NCBI GenBank assembly: GCA_049663465.1
Contig: JBATDM010000105.1
Location: forward strand, 62-64,061
Source of the DNA: Pyrinomonadaceae bacterium
Lineage (GTDB): Bacteria; Acidobacteriota; Blastocatellia; Pyrinomonadales; Pyrinomonadaceae
Length of the DNA stretch: 64,000 nt
Direction of reading: 5' to 3'
Within the stretch, counting starts at the first letter, position 1; every line of letters starts with the position of its first letter. Made by a program: the position numbers and the translations under genes. The notes beneath the pieces were generated by a model that was not told where the DNA came from, did not search any database, and saw only the letters and a program-made list of their open reading frames with translations. Below are positions 37,595 to 45,817 of the stretch, piece after piece.

Positions 37595-39112
37595 ATGGCA
37601 CGAAGCGAGTTGCGCAGTAAGACAATCTTCTTTCTGATCTTCGCAGGAGTGGTCGGCATTGTGCTGATCCTCGCCCAGCCGATCATCGATCTTGTTCAGC
37701 CGTATGTGATCTCTGAGTTTGGGCTGCAGATCGTTGATGACAAAGTCATCACGCTGGCTGGCGACGAGGCGTCAAAAATGGCCGAAACCACGGTCGGCCT
37801 CGCCCTAAACGTCCTTCGCATCCTCAAGGTCATCCTCTGGATGGCGTTGATCATCTCGCTCGTCCGCTTTGTCGGCTACATGATCGGCCGGACCGCCAAT
37901 CGGAATAAGACAGCCGAAGGCGATGTTTCGTCGTTGCTGACAACGGTCATTTCGATCGTTGTTTACATCGTAGCCTTCTTCATAGTCTTTCAAACGCAGT
38001 TCCCTAAGATCGAACTGACAGCCCTGTTTACCGGTTCGACGATCCTCGGTATCGTGGTTGGTCTTGCTTTGCAGGACACGCTGGGCAATTTGTTTGCGGG
38101 GCTTGCTCTTTCGGCGGACCAGCCGTTTGCGGTTGGCGATGTGGTGCAATTGCCCGGGCGTGGCGAAGGAGTGGTCGAGGCCATCTCTTGGCGAGGCGTC
38201 AAGATCCGCACGTTTCAAAACAAGCTGTTGGTCGTGAGCAATTCCGTACTCGGCAAAGAACTGATCGAGGTTGCCCCGAAAAATAACCTCAACGCAAAGG
38301 TCGTATTCTTCAACACTCTTTATTCAAATTCCCCCGCGCACACGATCCACGCGGTCCGCGAGGCGGTGAGGCAGATCGAGAATGTTTCGCAGAAGAAGCG
38401 TCCGGTGGTTAGAATTCGCAATCTCGCGGCGGATGGCATTGATTACGAGATCAAATATTGGCTCGATGATTACAGGATGCAGCACGACACGGACGCGTTG
38501 ATCCGGCAACGGATATGGTACGTTTTCCAACGCGAGAATATCTCGTTCGCTTATCCTACGCGGACGGTTCATGTCGAACCAAAGCCCGTCGAGGTGACCG
38601 ACGACGAACAGCAAAACGTCATTGCCGAGCGGCTCAACCGCGTCTCGATCTTTGCGCCGCTCTCTGACGAAGAGATCGAGCGGGTCGCCAACGCCTCAAC
38701 GTCGCGTGTGTACGCACCCGGCGAGGCGATCGTGCATATCGGGCAGGAAGGCAATTCGATGTTTGTCATCATCCGCGGCTCGGTCCGCGTCCAACTGCTC
38801 GAGGACGGCCACATGCGCACGATCAACACGCTCAAGGAGAATAGTTTCTTTGGCGAAATGAGTCTGCTCACGGGCGAACCGCGTTCCGCCACTGTGACGG
38901 CGATCGACGAATCTGAGGTGCTGCGGATCGGCAAAGGCGGCCTCAAACCGATATTAGAAAACAATCCCAAGCTCGTCGGCTCCATCAGCGAGTTGATCGA
39001 GGAACGCCGTGAACTTCTCCAACGCGCTATCGCAGAGGCCGAGGAAGACGAGGCGGAAGAAAGCCGCAAAGGAATGATGCGATCGATCCGCGGATTCTTT
39101 GGCATTAAATAG
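37595..39112 (+). CDS. MscS-family mechanosensitive channel fused to a cyclic-nucleotide-binding domain
   Basis: TM region plus an MscS beta-domain (GDVVQLPGRGEGVVEAISWRGVKIRT). C-terminal cNMP-binding motif FFGEMSLLTGEPRSATVTA. Confidence 0.85.
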   Translation: MARSELRSKTIFFLIFAGVVGIVLILAQPIIDLVQPYVISEFGLQIVDDKVITLAGDEASKMAETTVGLALNVLRILKVILWMALIISLVRFVGYMIGRTANRNKTAEGDVSSLLTTVISIVVYIVAFFIVFQTQFPKIELTALFTGSTILGIVVGLALQDTLGNLFAGLALSADQPFAVGDVVQLPGRGEGVVEAISWRGVKIRTFQNKLLVVSNSVLGKELIEVAPKNNLNAKVVFFNTLYSNSPAHTIHAVREAVRQIENVSQKKRPVVRIRNLAADGIDYEIKYWLDDYRMQHDTDALIRQRIWYVFQRENISFAYPTRTVHVEPKPVEVTDDEQQNVIAERLNRVSIFAPLSDEEIERVANASTSRVYAPGEAIVHIGQEGNSMFVIIRGSVRVQLLEDGHMRTINTLKENSFFGEMSLLTGEPRSATVTAIDESEVLRIGKGGLKPILENNPKLVGSISELIEERRELLQRAIAEAEEDEAEESRKGMMRSIRGFFGIK

Positions 39113-39128
39113 ACGGACAACGTGATCT

Positions 39129-39770
39129 ATGTGTGGCAGAGCATCGCAGGCTGAGATACAGGCGTATAAAGACAGGATATTTGAATGGCTGCATCCTGAG
39201 GCGTTTATCCCGAGGCGGAATCTGCGTCCGACCGAGCCAGCGTGGATCGTGGCACGGCGGGGCGATGGTTTGGTAAAGACAGTTGAGGCTCGTTGGTGGT
39301 GTCAGTGGGACGGTTCGCGAAAGTTTGAGGCAAAATACCCGACATTTAACGCCCGCGTCGAGACTATGCACGACAAAAAGCTCTGGCCCGACCTGCTTCG
39401 CAAGGGCCAACGCTGCATCTTTCCGCTCGACAGTTTTTACGAGTGGCCGATAAAGGGCAAAGGGCTGCCGCCGGTCGAGATATTTGTAAAGGGCCGCCAG
39501 CCGTACGCACTCGCGGGGTTATGGAGCCGCTATTTTGAGGGCGAACAGACGCGATATTCCTTTACGACATTCACCTGCGAGCCAAACGAATTCATGCGCC
39601 CGATCCACGAAAAGGCAATGCCCGTTATCCTCAACTCGATCGAAGAACAAAAACTCTGGCTCCTCGAAGGCGACGAAGAACTCCTACGCCCCTACACCGG
39701 CGAAATGGAATCCACCCAACTCCCCGACACCCTCGAACACCTTTATCCCGAGGAGAATCAGAAGTACTAA
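39129..39770 (+). CDS. SOS response-associated peptidase (SRAP/YedK family)
   Basis: MCGR N-terminus (catalytic Cys2). FNARVET and SFYEW motifs. Confidence 0.85.
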   Translation: MCGRASQAEIQAYKDRIFEWLHPEAFIPRRNLRPTEPAWIVARRGDGLVKTVEARWWCQWDGSRKFEAKYPTFNARVETMHDKKLWPDLLRKGQRCIFPLDSFYEWPIKGKGLPPVEIFVKGRQPYALAGLWSRYFEGEQTRYSFTTFTCEPNEFMRPIHEKAMPVILNSIEEQKLWLLEGDEELLRPYTGEMESTQLPDTLEHLYPEENQKY

Positions 39771-39841
39771 ATGCAGGATGCGAATGTATTTTATCGAATC
39801 ACTAACAGTCGTGTTGGAAAAGGGTTTTCGGAAAGCTTAGA

Positions 39842-40384
39842 ATGGAACCCATGCCCCATCCACTAGAATCAAAATACGGGCTGACATCGCAAGAATTACT
39901 CGACGCAATCGATAAACGATTCCGGCTAAAAGTAGCACTCGAAGGTGCCGTTGCTGAGGTGCATTTTGAACGAAAGCTTCGGATTGCGAGCCGTGAGGGT
40001 TGGTTAACTAGTTATGAGGGGCATGATGTTGACGGGATGCATGACTTTACCGTTGTAACGCTCTCCGACGTGGCCATTCGGGTCGAAGTAAAGACGATAC
40101 GCAATGGCCCGAAGCCCAAGGTTGAATTACAAAAGACACGAGCCGCCAAGGGCGACCCCAGTAGCAGATACTACGACCTTACCCACTTTGATGTCGTCGC
40201 TGTCTGTGTCGGTCGTTTCACTGGCGACTGGTCTGAATTCCGATATGCTTTAGTGCGAGATTTGCCAAGTCACCGGAATCACCCTAAGAAGCTTCAGGTC
40301 ATGCACTCTATTCCCGACGCCGAGGATACAGAGCCGCGTTGGTTCTCACGCTTTCAGGATGTTATTGATGCCTATTCAGTTTGA
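39842..40384 (+). CDS. candidate type II restriction endonuclease (PD-(D/E)xK)
   Basis: 180-aa ORF overlapping the start of a DNA methyltransferase gene. D...E-x-K arrangement (HDFTVV ... IRVEVKT). No other family recognised. Confidence 0.5.
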   Translation: MEPMPHPLESKYGLTSQELLDAIDKRFRLKVALEGAVAEVHFERKLRIASREGWLTSYEGHDVDGMHDFTVVTLSDVAIRVEVKTIRNGPKPKVELQKTRAAKGDPSSRYYDLTHFDVVAVCVGRFTGDWSEFRYALVRDLPSHRNHPKKLQVMHSIPDAEDTEPRWFSRFQDVIDAYSV

Positions 40385-41294
40385 ACATATTTACCAGACC
40401 GAGCTTGGAGCGATGTACTGTTCGGACAGCCTCGAATTCATGAGGCGTATGCCAAACGACTCGGTTGATTTGGTCGTAACGAGTCCGCCTTATGCACTTC
40501 ACTTCAAAAAGGAATATGGCAATGCTAATCAGGGCGATTACGTCTCTTGGATTCTTCCATTTGCGAAGGAAATCAAACGAATCATTAAGCCTTCAGGCTC
40601 GTTCGTTCTGAATATTGGCGGAGCCTGGCAGCCTGGTTCACCTGTCCGTAGTTTGTATCATTATAGAGTGCTAATGGCTCTTGTTGATGAAGTTGGCTTC
40701 GATCTGGCTCAAGAGTTTTTCTGGTACAATCCGGCAAAAATGCCCGCTCCCGCAGAATGGGTAAACGTACGTCGAATAAGGGTAAAGGACAGCGTTGAAT
40801 ATATCTATTGGCTTGTTAAAGACCCAATGGCTAATGCGGATAATCGAAATGTCCTTCAACCGTATAGTGACGACATGAAGCGTCTCATCAAACGCGGTGT
40901 GAAAGAAACCCTTAGACCAAGCGGCCATATGATAAAAACTAGTTTCGCAACTGACCAAGGCGGATCAATTCCCTCGAATCTAATACAATGTGGAAACACT
41001 GAATCAAATAGTGCCTATATCAAGAACAGCAAACTCGCTGGCAGTAAGATCCATCCGGCTCGGTATCCAGCAGATCTTCCCAAGTTTTTCATCGAATTTC
41101 TTACAAAACCGGGCGAACTTGTGCTTGATCCGTTTGCTGGCAGCAATACAACAGGACAAGTGGCTGAATCCTTGCGGAGAGAATGGATCGGAATTGAGAT
41201 AAGGGAAGATTACGCCGAGGAAAGTCGATTGCGGTTCGAGGGCGTTCCCGACGAAGTCGTCATCGCCCACGGCCAACAGCTTTTGCCTCTTTAA
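40368..41294 (+). CDS. DNA methyltransferase, beta-class N4/N6 (SPPY type)
   Basis: Motif IV TSPPY is N-terminal and motif [11 protein letters not shown] is C-terminal, followed by WIGIEI, giving beta-class order. The start could be 40359 or 40368. Confidence 0.85.
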   Translation: MPIQFEHIYQTELGAMYCSDSLEFMRRMPNDSVDLVVTSPPYALHFKKEYGNANQGDYVSWILPFAKEIKRIIKPSGSFVLNIGGAWQPGSPVRSLYHYRVLMALVDEVGFDLAQEFFWYNPAKMPAPAEWVNVRRIRVKDSVEYIYWLVKDPMANADNRNVLQPYSDDMKRLIKRGVKETLRPSGHMIKTSFATDQGGSIPSNLIQCGNTESNSAYIKNSKLAGSKIHPARYPADLPKFFIEFLTKPGELVLDPFAGSNTTGQVAESLRREWIGIEIREDYAEESRLRFEGVPDEVVIAHGQQLLPL

Positions 41295-41388
41295 CTTCAA
41301 CGGAAGTCACAGAAGTACGCTGAGACCCAGAGTCTTTGGGGGTTCCGCTTGTGGAATACTCATAACCCGCAATGAACCGACAAAGCCA

Positions 41389-41577
41389 ATGGTGCAGGAA
41401 GCGAAAGAAGCAGGCACGTTCAAACCCGAATTCTTCCAGCCGTTCGACAAACTCCAAATCGTAACCGTCCAACAGATCCTCCACGGCGAGAGAATGAATC
41501 TTCCGTTGATGGAAGAAGTCACCAAGAAAGCGCAAAAAGCATCAAAAACCAAACAAACCGGCCTCGCCTTTGAGTAA
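41389..41577 (+). pseudogene. possible C-terminal remnant of a second DNA methyltransferase
   Basis: The 62-aa ORF ...AKEAGTFKPEFFQPFDKLQIVTVQQILHGERMNLPL resembles the conserved C-terminal tail (..G.Y....yPkiQIlTieeLL.G..i.lP) of long adenine methyltransferases as I recall it. No upstream catalytic domain is present. Confidence 0.3.
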
Positions 41578-41619
41578 AAGGCGGTAAATGCTGGGCGAAA
41601 CGCTGTTCCTGTCGGACGT

Positions 41620-41829
41620 AGCGGCGTTCGCCAAGGACTCAGCGGCGCTCGCCAAGCACTCAGCGGCGTTCGCCAAGCACACAGCGAAGCTCGCTAAGCA
41701 CTCAGCGAAACTCGGCAAGGATTCAGCGAAGTTCGCGAACTACTCAGCGAAACTACGCAGGTATCTAGCGAAACTCTGCAACCACTCAGCGAAGCCTGCG
41801 ACCGACTCTGCGAAGCTCGCCAACCTGCC
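41620..41829. repeat. tandem array, 10 x 21 bp (consensus AGCGAAGCTCGCCAAGCACTC)
   Basis: Ten head-to-tail units counted by hand, starting at 41620, 41641, 41662, ... 41809. Each unit carries a GCGA-N3-TCGC-type inverted repeat. Degeneracy increases toward the 3' end. Confidence 0.9.
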
Positions 41830-41866
41830 ATCGACGTTCCCCGATAGATCGCGGACGAAAATTCTG

Positions 41867-41895
41867 TTGACTTTTATTTCATTCGGGAATATTAT
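41867..41895 (+). promoter_or_regulatory. sigma70-like promoter TTGACT-N17-TATTAT
   Basis: Hexamers at 41867-41872 and 41890-41895 with a 17-nt spacer, in an AT-rich stretch about 40 nt upstream of ATG 41937 (RBS AAGGAG). Confidence 0.35.
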
Positions 41896-41936
41896 TTTTT
41901 CCTTCCAACGACAAAATAAAAAAAGGAGATAACTCT

Positions 41937-42638
41937 ATGCCACAAGATTGGTACCCATCATCGCGGGATGCTCGGGCGGCTTGGCACGCGAATTTCGCGG
42001 CTCAGATCGGCGCTTTGGCGACGAAGTATGGAATTTCGGCGGGGACGCTGTTGCTGATTGCGGCGGACAACGCCTGGATGCAGTATTGGGTGCAGGCCCG
42101 CAGTGATGCGGACGCGCTCAAGCAACAGTTGACACAGTTTTTCAATATTATCTCCGGCAATGACGATTCGCTGCCGCAACCAGCTCCAATCAATTTTGCA
42201 CTCGCTCCCGATCCGGCAAATGAGGTGGCGCCGGGCATCGAGAAACGCGTTCGCGAGGTCGTGCGGCAAATCAAGGGCGATATGGAGTATTCCGTAGCGG
42301 ACGGCGAACTGCTCGGTATCGTCTCGCCCGCGAAAGAAGGCGGTCCGCTTGGCCCGGGCGATCTGGTCTCGCCGGAATTTGAGTTACGGACGCTTGCCGC
42401 GTTCGAGCTTGAGGCGAGATTTAAAAGGATGGGCAACGACGCGGTCAAATTCCAGTATCGCTATATTGGCGGCACTTGGATAACCGCCGCGACACTCCTC
42501 AGCAGCCCCGGAAGTTTTGCCATCCCGCCGTCCACACCGGGCGTCGGTCAGCAGATCGAGATCCGCGGCATCTTCCTAAAGGGCAACAAAGAGGTCGGCA
42601 TCTACTCCGACGCTAAATCCACGTTCATCGCACCGTAG
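41937..42638 (+). CDS. hypothetical protein (orphan)
   Basis: 233-aa ORF with a strong AAGGAGA RBS and a terminator downstream. No family recognised. The C-terminal half looks beta-rich. Confidence 0.55.
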   Translation: MPQDWYPSSRDARAAWHANFAAQIGALATKYGISAGTLLLIAADNAWMQYWVQARSDADALKQQLTQFFNIISGNDDSLPQPAPINFALAPDPANEVAPGIEKRVREVVRQIKGDMEYSVADGELLGIVSPAKEGGPLGPGDLVSPEFELRTLAAFELEARFKRMGNDAVKFQYRYIGGTWITAATLLSSPGSFAIPPSTPGVGQQIEIRGIFLKGNKEVGIYSDAKSTFIAP

Positions 42639-42655
42639 AACGCGAATACGTAAGA

Positions 42656-42690
42656 TAAAAAGCCGCCTTCACGACGAGGGCGGTTTTTTG
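42656..42690. terminator. bidirectional rho-independent terminator
   Basis: AAAAAGCCGCCTTC-ACGAC-GAGGGCGGTTTTTT. An 8-bp GC-rich stem with an A-run upstream and a T-run downstream, between convergent genes. Confidence 0.6.
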
Positions 42691-42712
42691 TTTGGGATGC
42701 TCGATTCGATAT

Positions 42713-43009
42713 TTAGAAGTGAGCCGGGCTGAGATCGGGTTCGGCGTTGCTGATGAGGCGACTCTTGAAGCAGGCCGCATGACAAAACCATACCTGCCAT
42801 TTCTCGCCTGCGGTTTCTACCGAGATCGTGCAGGGGTCGATCGGCGATTCAAGAATATCTTTACCGCAGAAACAACACGGCCCAAGTACGATTGTCGGGT
42901 CGTCAGGCGGAATGAGTGTTGGAGTGGGGATCCCGAAAACTATTCTAACCTTCTGCTCAATCGAGCCGAAGATGAAATCATTTATCTTACCCATGCCCAA
43001 TGATATCAC
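42713..43009 (-). CDS. small Cys-rich hypothetical protein
   Basis: 98-aa ORF with GPCCFCG and CHAAC motifs. No family recognised. Confidence 0.4.
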   Translation of the reverse strand: MISLGMGKINDFIFGSIEQKVRIVFGIPTPTLIPPDDPTIVLGPCCFCGKDILESPIDPCTISVETAGEKWQVWFCHAACFKSRLISNAEPDLSPAHF

Positions 43010-43035
43010 GCGCGAATGGTCGTCTTAGTGACCAT

Positions 43036-43878
43036 TCAGTGCGCGTTTTTGTCGTAGATGTCGTGGAGGACCTCGGAGATGGTTTGGCGGTCGGTTGGTT
43101 CGGGGTCGGGGACGGTTTTTTTCGGGCGCTTTGTGCGGGCGAAATCGGCGAAGCGATAGGTAATTCCCTTTTCCTCGCCCGGTGCGTGGCCGCTGTCGTC
43201 GGTAATCGACTGGCGTTGGCCCGCGTTTGATCCATCGTGAACGGACTCGGCATCGCCGCTCTCGATCTCGTGATTCCCCGCCGCCATTTCGCTGCGGCTG
43301 ACCTCGAGCATCTGCTGGCCGCGATTGCGGCGGGCACGCTCCAGTGCACGGACGGCGGTCGAGGTCATCGGCGATTCGGCCGGAGCACGCTCGATGCGGC
43401 GGAGAAGCCGGACATATTCGCGAAGTTCCTTTGGCGGGAAAACTACCGAAGATTCGTCGCCGGTCGGGCCTTCGAGAGCGTCGGCGAGGTGCTTTGCAGC
43501 CGAACTGTGATGCCCGATCTTCTGATAAAGCGCCCCGACCGCAAAATGTACCAGCGGCGGCGGCGTGATCATCGAGCGGATTATCTTCTCGCCGCGAGCG
43601 ATCGCCTCCTGCATCTCAAACCCGTACCAGCGGCGGTCGTCATTACGCAATATTTCGTTTGCATTGAGATAAAACTCGAAGATCTTTCGCGTCTCGTTGC
43701 GGGATTCGGCGGTGAAGAGCCGCCAGACGAAGAACGCGAGCCCGCCAAAGAAGGCGAGCATGAAGATCGGAAACCCGACGACCCACAGCATCACCGCGAT
43801 CACGCCAAAGGCCAGGCCGTATTGGGCCTTTTCCTTTACCGAAGTCGGCCCGCGTTTTTCAAGCTTGGTTTCCTTCAC
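43036..43878 (-). CDS. membrane protein (hypothetical)
   Basis: 280-aa ORF with two N-terminal TM helices followed by a soluble helical region. Confidence 0.5.
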   Translation of the reverse strand: MKETKLEKRGPTSVKEKAQYGLAFGVIAVMLWVVGFPIFMLAFFGGLAFFVWRLFTAESRNETRKIFEFYLNANEILRNDDRRWYGFEMQEAIARGEKIIRSMITPPPLVHFAVGALYQKIGHHSSAAKHLADALEGPTGDESSVVFPPKELREYVRLLRRIERAPAESPMTSTAVRALERARRNRGQQMLEVSRSEMAAGNHEIESGDAESVHDGSNAGQRQSITDDSGHAPGEEKGITYRFADFARTKRPKKTVPDPEPTDRQTISEVLHDIYDKNAH

Positions 43879-43896
43879 ATTGTTCGCGCCAGAAAG

Positions 43897-44235
43897 CTAT
43901 TTTGCAGCTTTCGGCTTTGGCGGACGCTTCGTCGAAGCTTTCGCCTTCGGCTCCGCAGCCTTTGCCGGACCGCTCGACGTCTTCCCGCCGGATGACGCGG
44001 TCGCCGCCGCCGCCTTCTTGACCTCGTTCTCGATCTTTTCGCTGATATCGTGGATAAAATCGCCGGCCTTGTCCATCGCTTTGGCAGATGTGTTGGCAAT
44101 GTAGGTCAGCGTCTCGCCAAGCGTCGCCGCCTCCATTCGCATTAGGCTCGCGATCTTTTCCTCGAGCGTCAGTGCGGCAAATTCCTCTTCGAGCCGCGTC
44201 TTGGCCTTTGGCTCAGATGTTTTTTTATCGGTCAT
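43897..44235 (-). CDS. hypothetical protein with Lys/Ala/Pro-rich C-terminal tail
   Basis: 112-aa ORF. The tail AAEPKAKASTKRPPKPKAAK resembles histone H1-like basic tails. Confidence 0.45.
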   Translation of the reverse strand: MTDKKTSEPKAKTRLEEEFAALTLEEKIASLMRMEAATLGETLTYIANTSAKAMDKAGDFIHDISEKIENEVKKAAAATASSGGKTSSGPAKAAEPKAKASTKRPPKPKAAK

Positions 44236-44311
44236 GATAGTAATTCTCCTGGTTCAATGATCTGCAATTCTGTTCACTAAACCTACGCCGATACGGGATA
44301 AAATGTTCCGC

Positions 44312-44830
44312 TCAATGGATCGCCGTCCGCACCTTTACCTTTGGCTGGCCGCCTGATGGCGTTGGGTTCGTTTCCGCCTTCAACTGCTGGCATTCGGAAC
44401 AAAGTCCCCACATTCTCAGACTATGATGTGTCGGCTTAAAGCCAAATTTCCCCGCCATCTCGTCCTGCAGCGTCTCGATCTCCTCCGAGAAGAATTCGAT
44501 GACCTTTCCGCACTCGGTGCAGATCATATGGTCATGGTGCTCGTGATCGTAGTGATGCTCATAGTACGTCTTGTTGTCGCCAAAACGAACCTCGCGGGCA
44601 AGACCGGCCTCGGTGAGCAGCTTGAGCGTTCGATAGACCGTTGTGAGCCCGACCGTGTCATCCTGCTTCCGAACAAGCCCGTAAAGATCCTCACTCGTAA
44701 GGTGTTCCTCCGTGCTCAGAAAGATCTCGAGGATCAATTCCCTCTGGCCCGTTCGCCTCAGGCCCGACGCCTGTATGTGCTCGTCAAAGATGCCCTTTTC
44801 TACTTCGAATTTACCGTCTTTCTTGGCCAA
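44312..44830 (-). CDS. fur: Fur family transcriptional regulator
   Basis: Winged-helix N-terminus, [11 protein letters not shown], and the C-terminal CSEC metal site. Confidence 0.85.
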   Translation of the reverse strand: MAKKDGKFEVEKGIFDEHIQASGLRRTGQRELILEIFLSTEEHLTSEDLYGLVRKQDDTVGLTTVYRTLKLLTEAGLAREVRFGDNKTYYEHHYDHEHHDHMICTECGKVIEFFSEEIETLQDEMAGKFGFKPTHHSLRMWGLCSECQQLKAETNPTPSGGQPKVKVRTAIH

Positions 44831-44857
44831 TATCGTCCACCTTGTACTTTTTCGATA

Positions 44858-45745
44858 CTACCATTTCAGTTTTGATTTCGCTATGGAAACCTTTGTGCGG
44901 AGTATGTCGATGCGTTCCTCGCTGACGCCCTGCCTTGCCGCGAGTTCAAGCGAACGCTCACCCAAAAGCAGGTATATCTCGAGCAGCGAATCCGAGACAT
45001 TCTCGTTTAGCGCCGTCAGGTGCCGCGTGAATGTATCGGTGTCGGCGCGGGCAAAGGTCCCCGTCAATGCTGCCGCCGTGCTCTGTTCATTAAGGTTCTT
45101 TACCGTACTCGTCACGAGAGGAAGCAGTATCTGTTTGGACTCGTCCGAGCTGAGTCCGCATTTCGTCATCATCTCGACCGCCGCGTCAAAAAGCGCGACC
45201 AAATGGCCGCAAGCAGTGACCGCCGCCGCGTGATAAAGCGTCTTAAATCGCGTATCGATAGAGAACGGCCTGCCGCTGAGATCTTCGACGATCCGCGTGC
45301 CGACTGCGACCGCATTTTCGTCGCCTTCGACACAGAAGAACGAACCGGGAAATCTTTCAGGGCCAAGTTCCGCACTGCTGATCGAAACGAGCGGATGTAT
45401 CGAACCCGTGCTGCAACCCATCGCTTTTAGAGCGGAGAGCACAGAAGAATCGAACGCTCCGCTTGTGTGAAATACCGTGGGCGTGCCAGTGATCCGTGAA
45501 GAGATTTGGTCGGCAGCCGACACAATATTGCCGTCCTGAGTCGTAATGAAGACAACGTCGCTTTCGATCTTTGTGTCCTCGTTCAGGCTCGACACAAACG
45601 CTTGTGATCCCAGTTCGCGAGCGATCACGCCAGCGGATGAGACATCCCTGGACACCAAATTTGCAATAGAATAGCGGTCAGATGGCAAACTCCGTGCAAG
45701 AGCACCACCAACGCGGCCAACACCTACTATCGATGCTCTGATCAT
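44858..45745 (-). CDS. Rossmann-fold oxidoreductase, DUF2520-containing family
   Basis: IVGVGRVGGALARSL dinucleotide motif and a C-terminal helical domain as in DUF2520 proteins. Confidence 0.6.
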   Translation of the reverse strand: MIRASIVGVGRVGGALARSLPSDRYSIANLVSRDVSSAGVIARELGSQAFVSSLNEDTKIESDVVFITTQDGNIVSAADQISSRITGTPTVFHTSGAFDSSVLSALKAMGCSTGSIHPLVSISSAELGPERFPGSFFCVEGDENAVAVGTRIVEDLSGRPFSIDTRFKTLYHAAAVTACGHLVALFDAAVEMMTKCGLSSDESKQILLPLVTSTVKNLNEQSTAAALTGTFARADTDTFTRHLTALNENVSDSLLEIYLLLGERSLELAARQGVSEERIDILRTKVSIAKSKLKW

Positions 45746-45817
45746 ACCGATAAACTATAGAGCAAAGTTTGTATGGAAAAAACTTCGGAGAGAGGTTGTG
45801 TGAGCAACCGCTGCCGG

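Noticed and set aside
39129-39770. SRAP/YedK gene as part of the adjacent R-M system.
   Set aside because: SRAP is a widespread abasic-site DNA-protein crosslink factor. It is separated from the nuclease gene by a 71-nt gap, and by eye its composition resembles the chromosome. The adjacency is probably coincidental.
41620-41829. CRISPR array.
   Set aside because: The units are contiguous with no spacers, the unit length is 21 bp, and no cas genes are present in the window.
41588-41932. 114-aa ORF reading the 21-bp array as (SAKLAKH)n heptads.
   Set aside because: It is not called as a CDS. There is no convincing RBS, its C-terminal 30 codons run through the AT-rich promoter-like region of the next gene, and the periodicity is explained at the DNA level. 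It is retained as an alternative in the finding for 41620-41829.
43237-43995. 252-aa plus-strand ORF, plus nested ORFs at 43325, 43344 and 43697.
   Set aside because: They are antisense to the 280-aa membrane protein and 112-aa genes and have an Arg-rich shadow-ORF composition.
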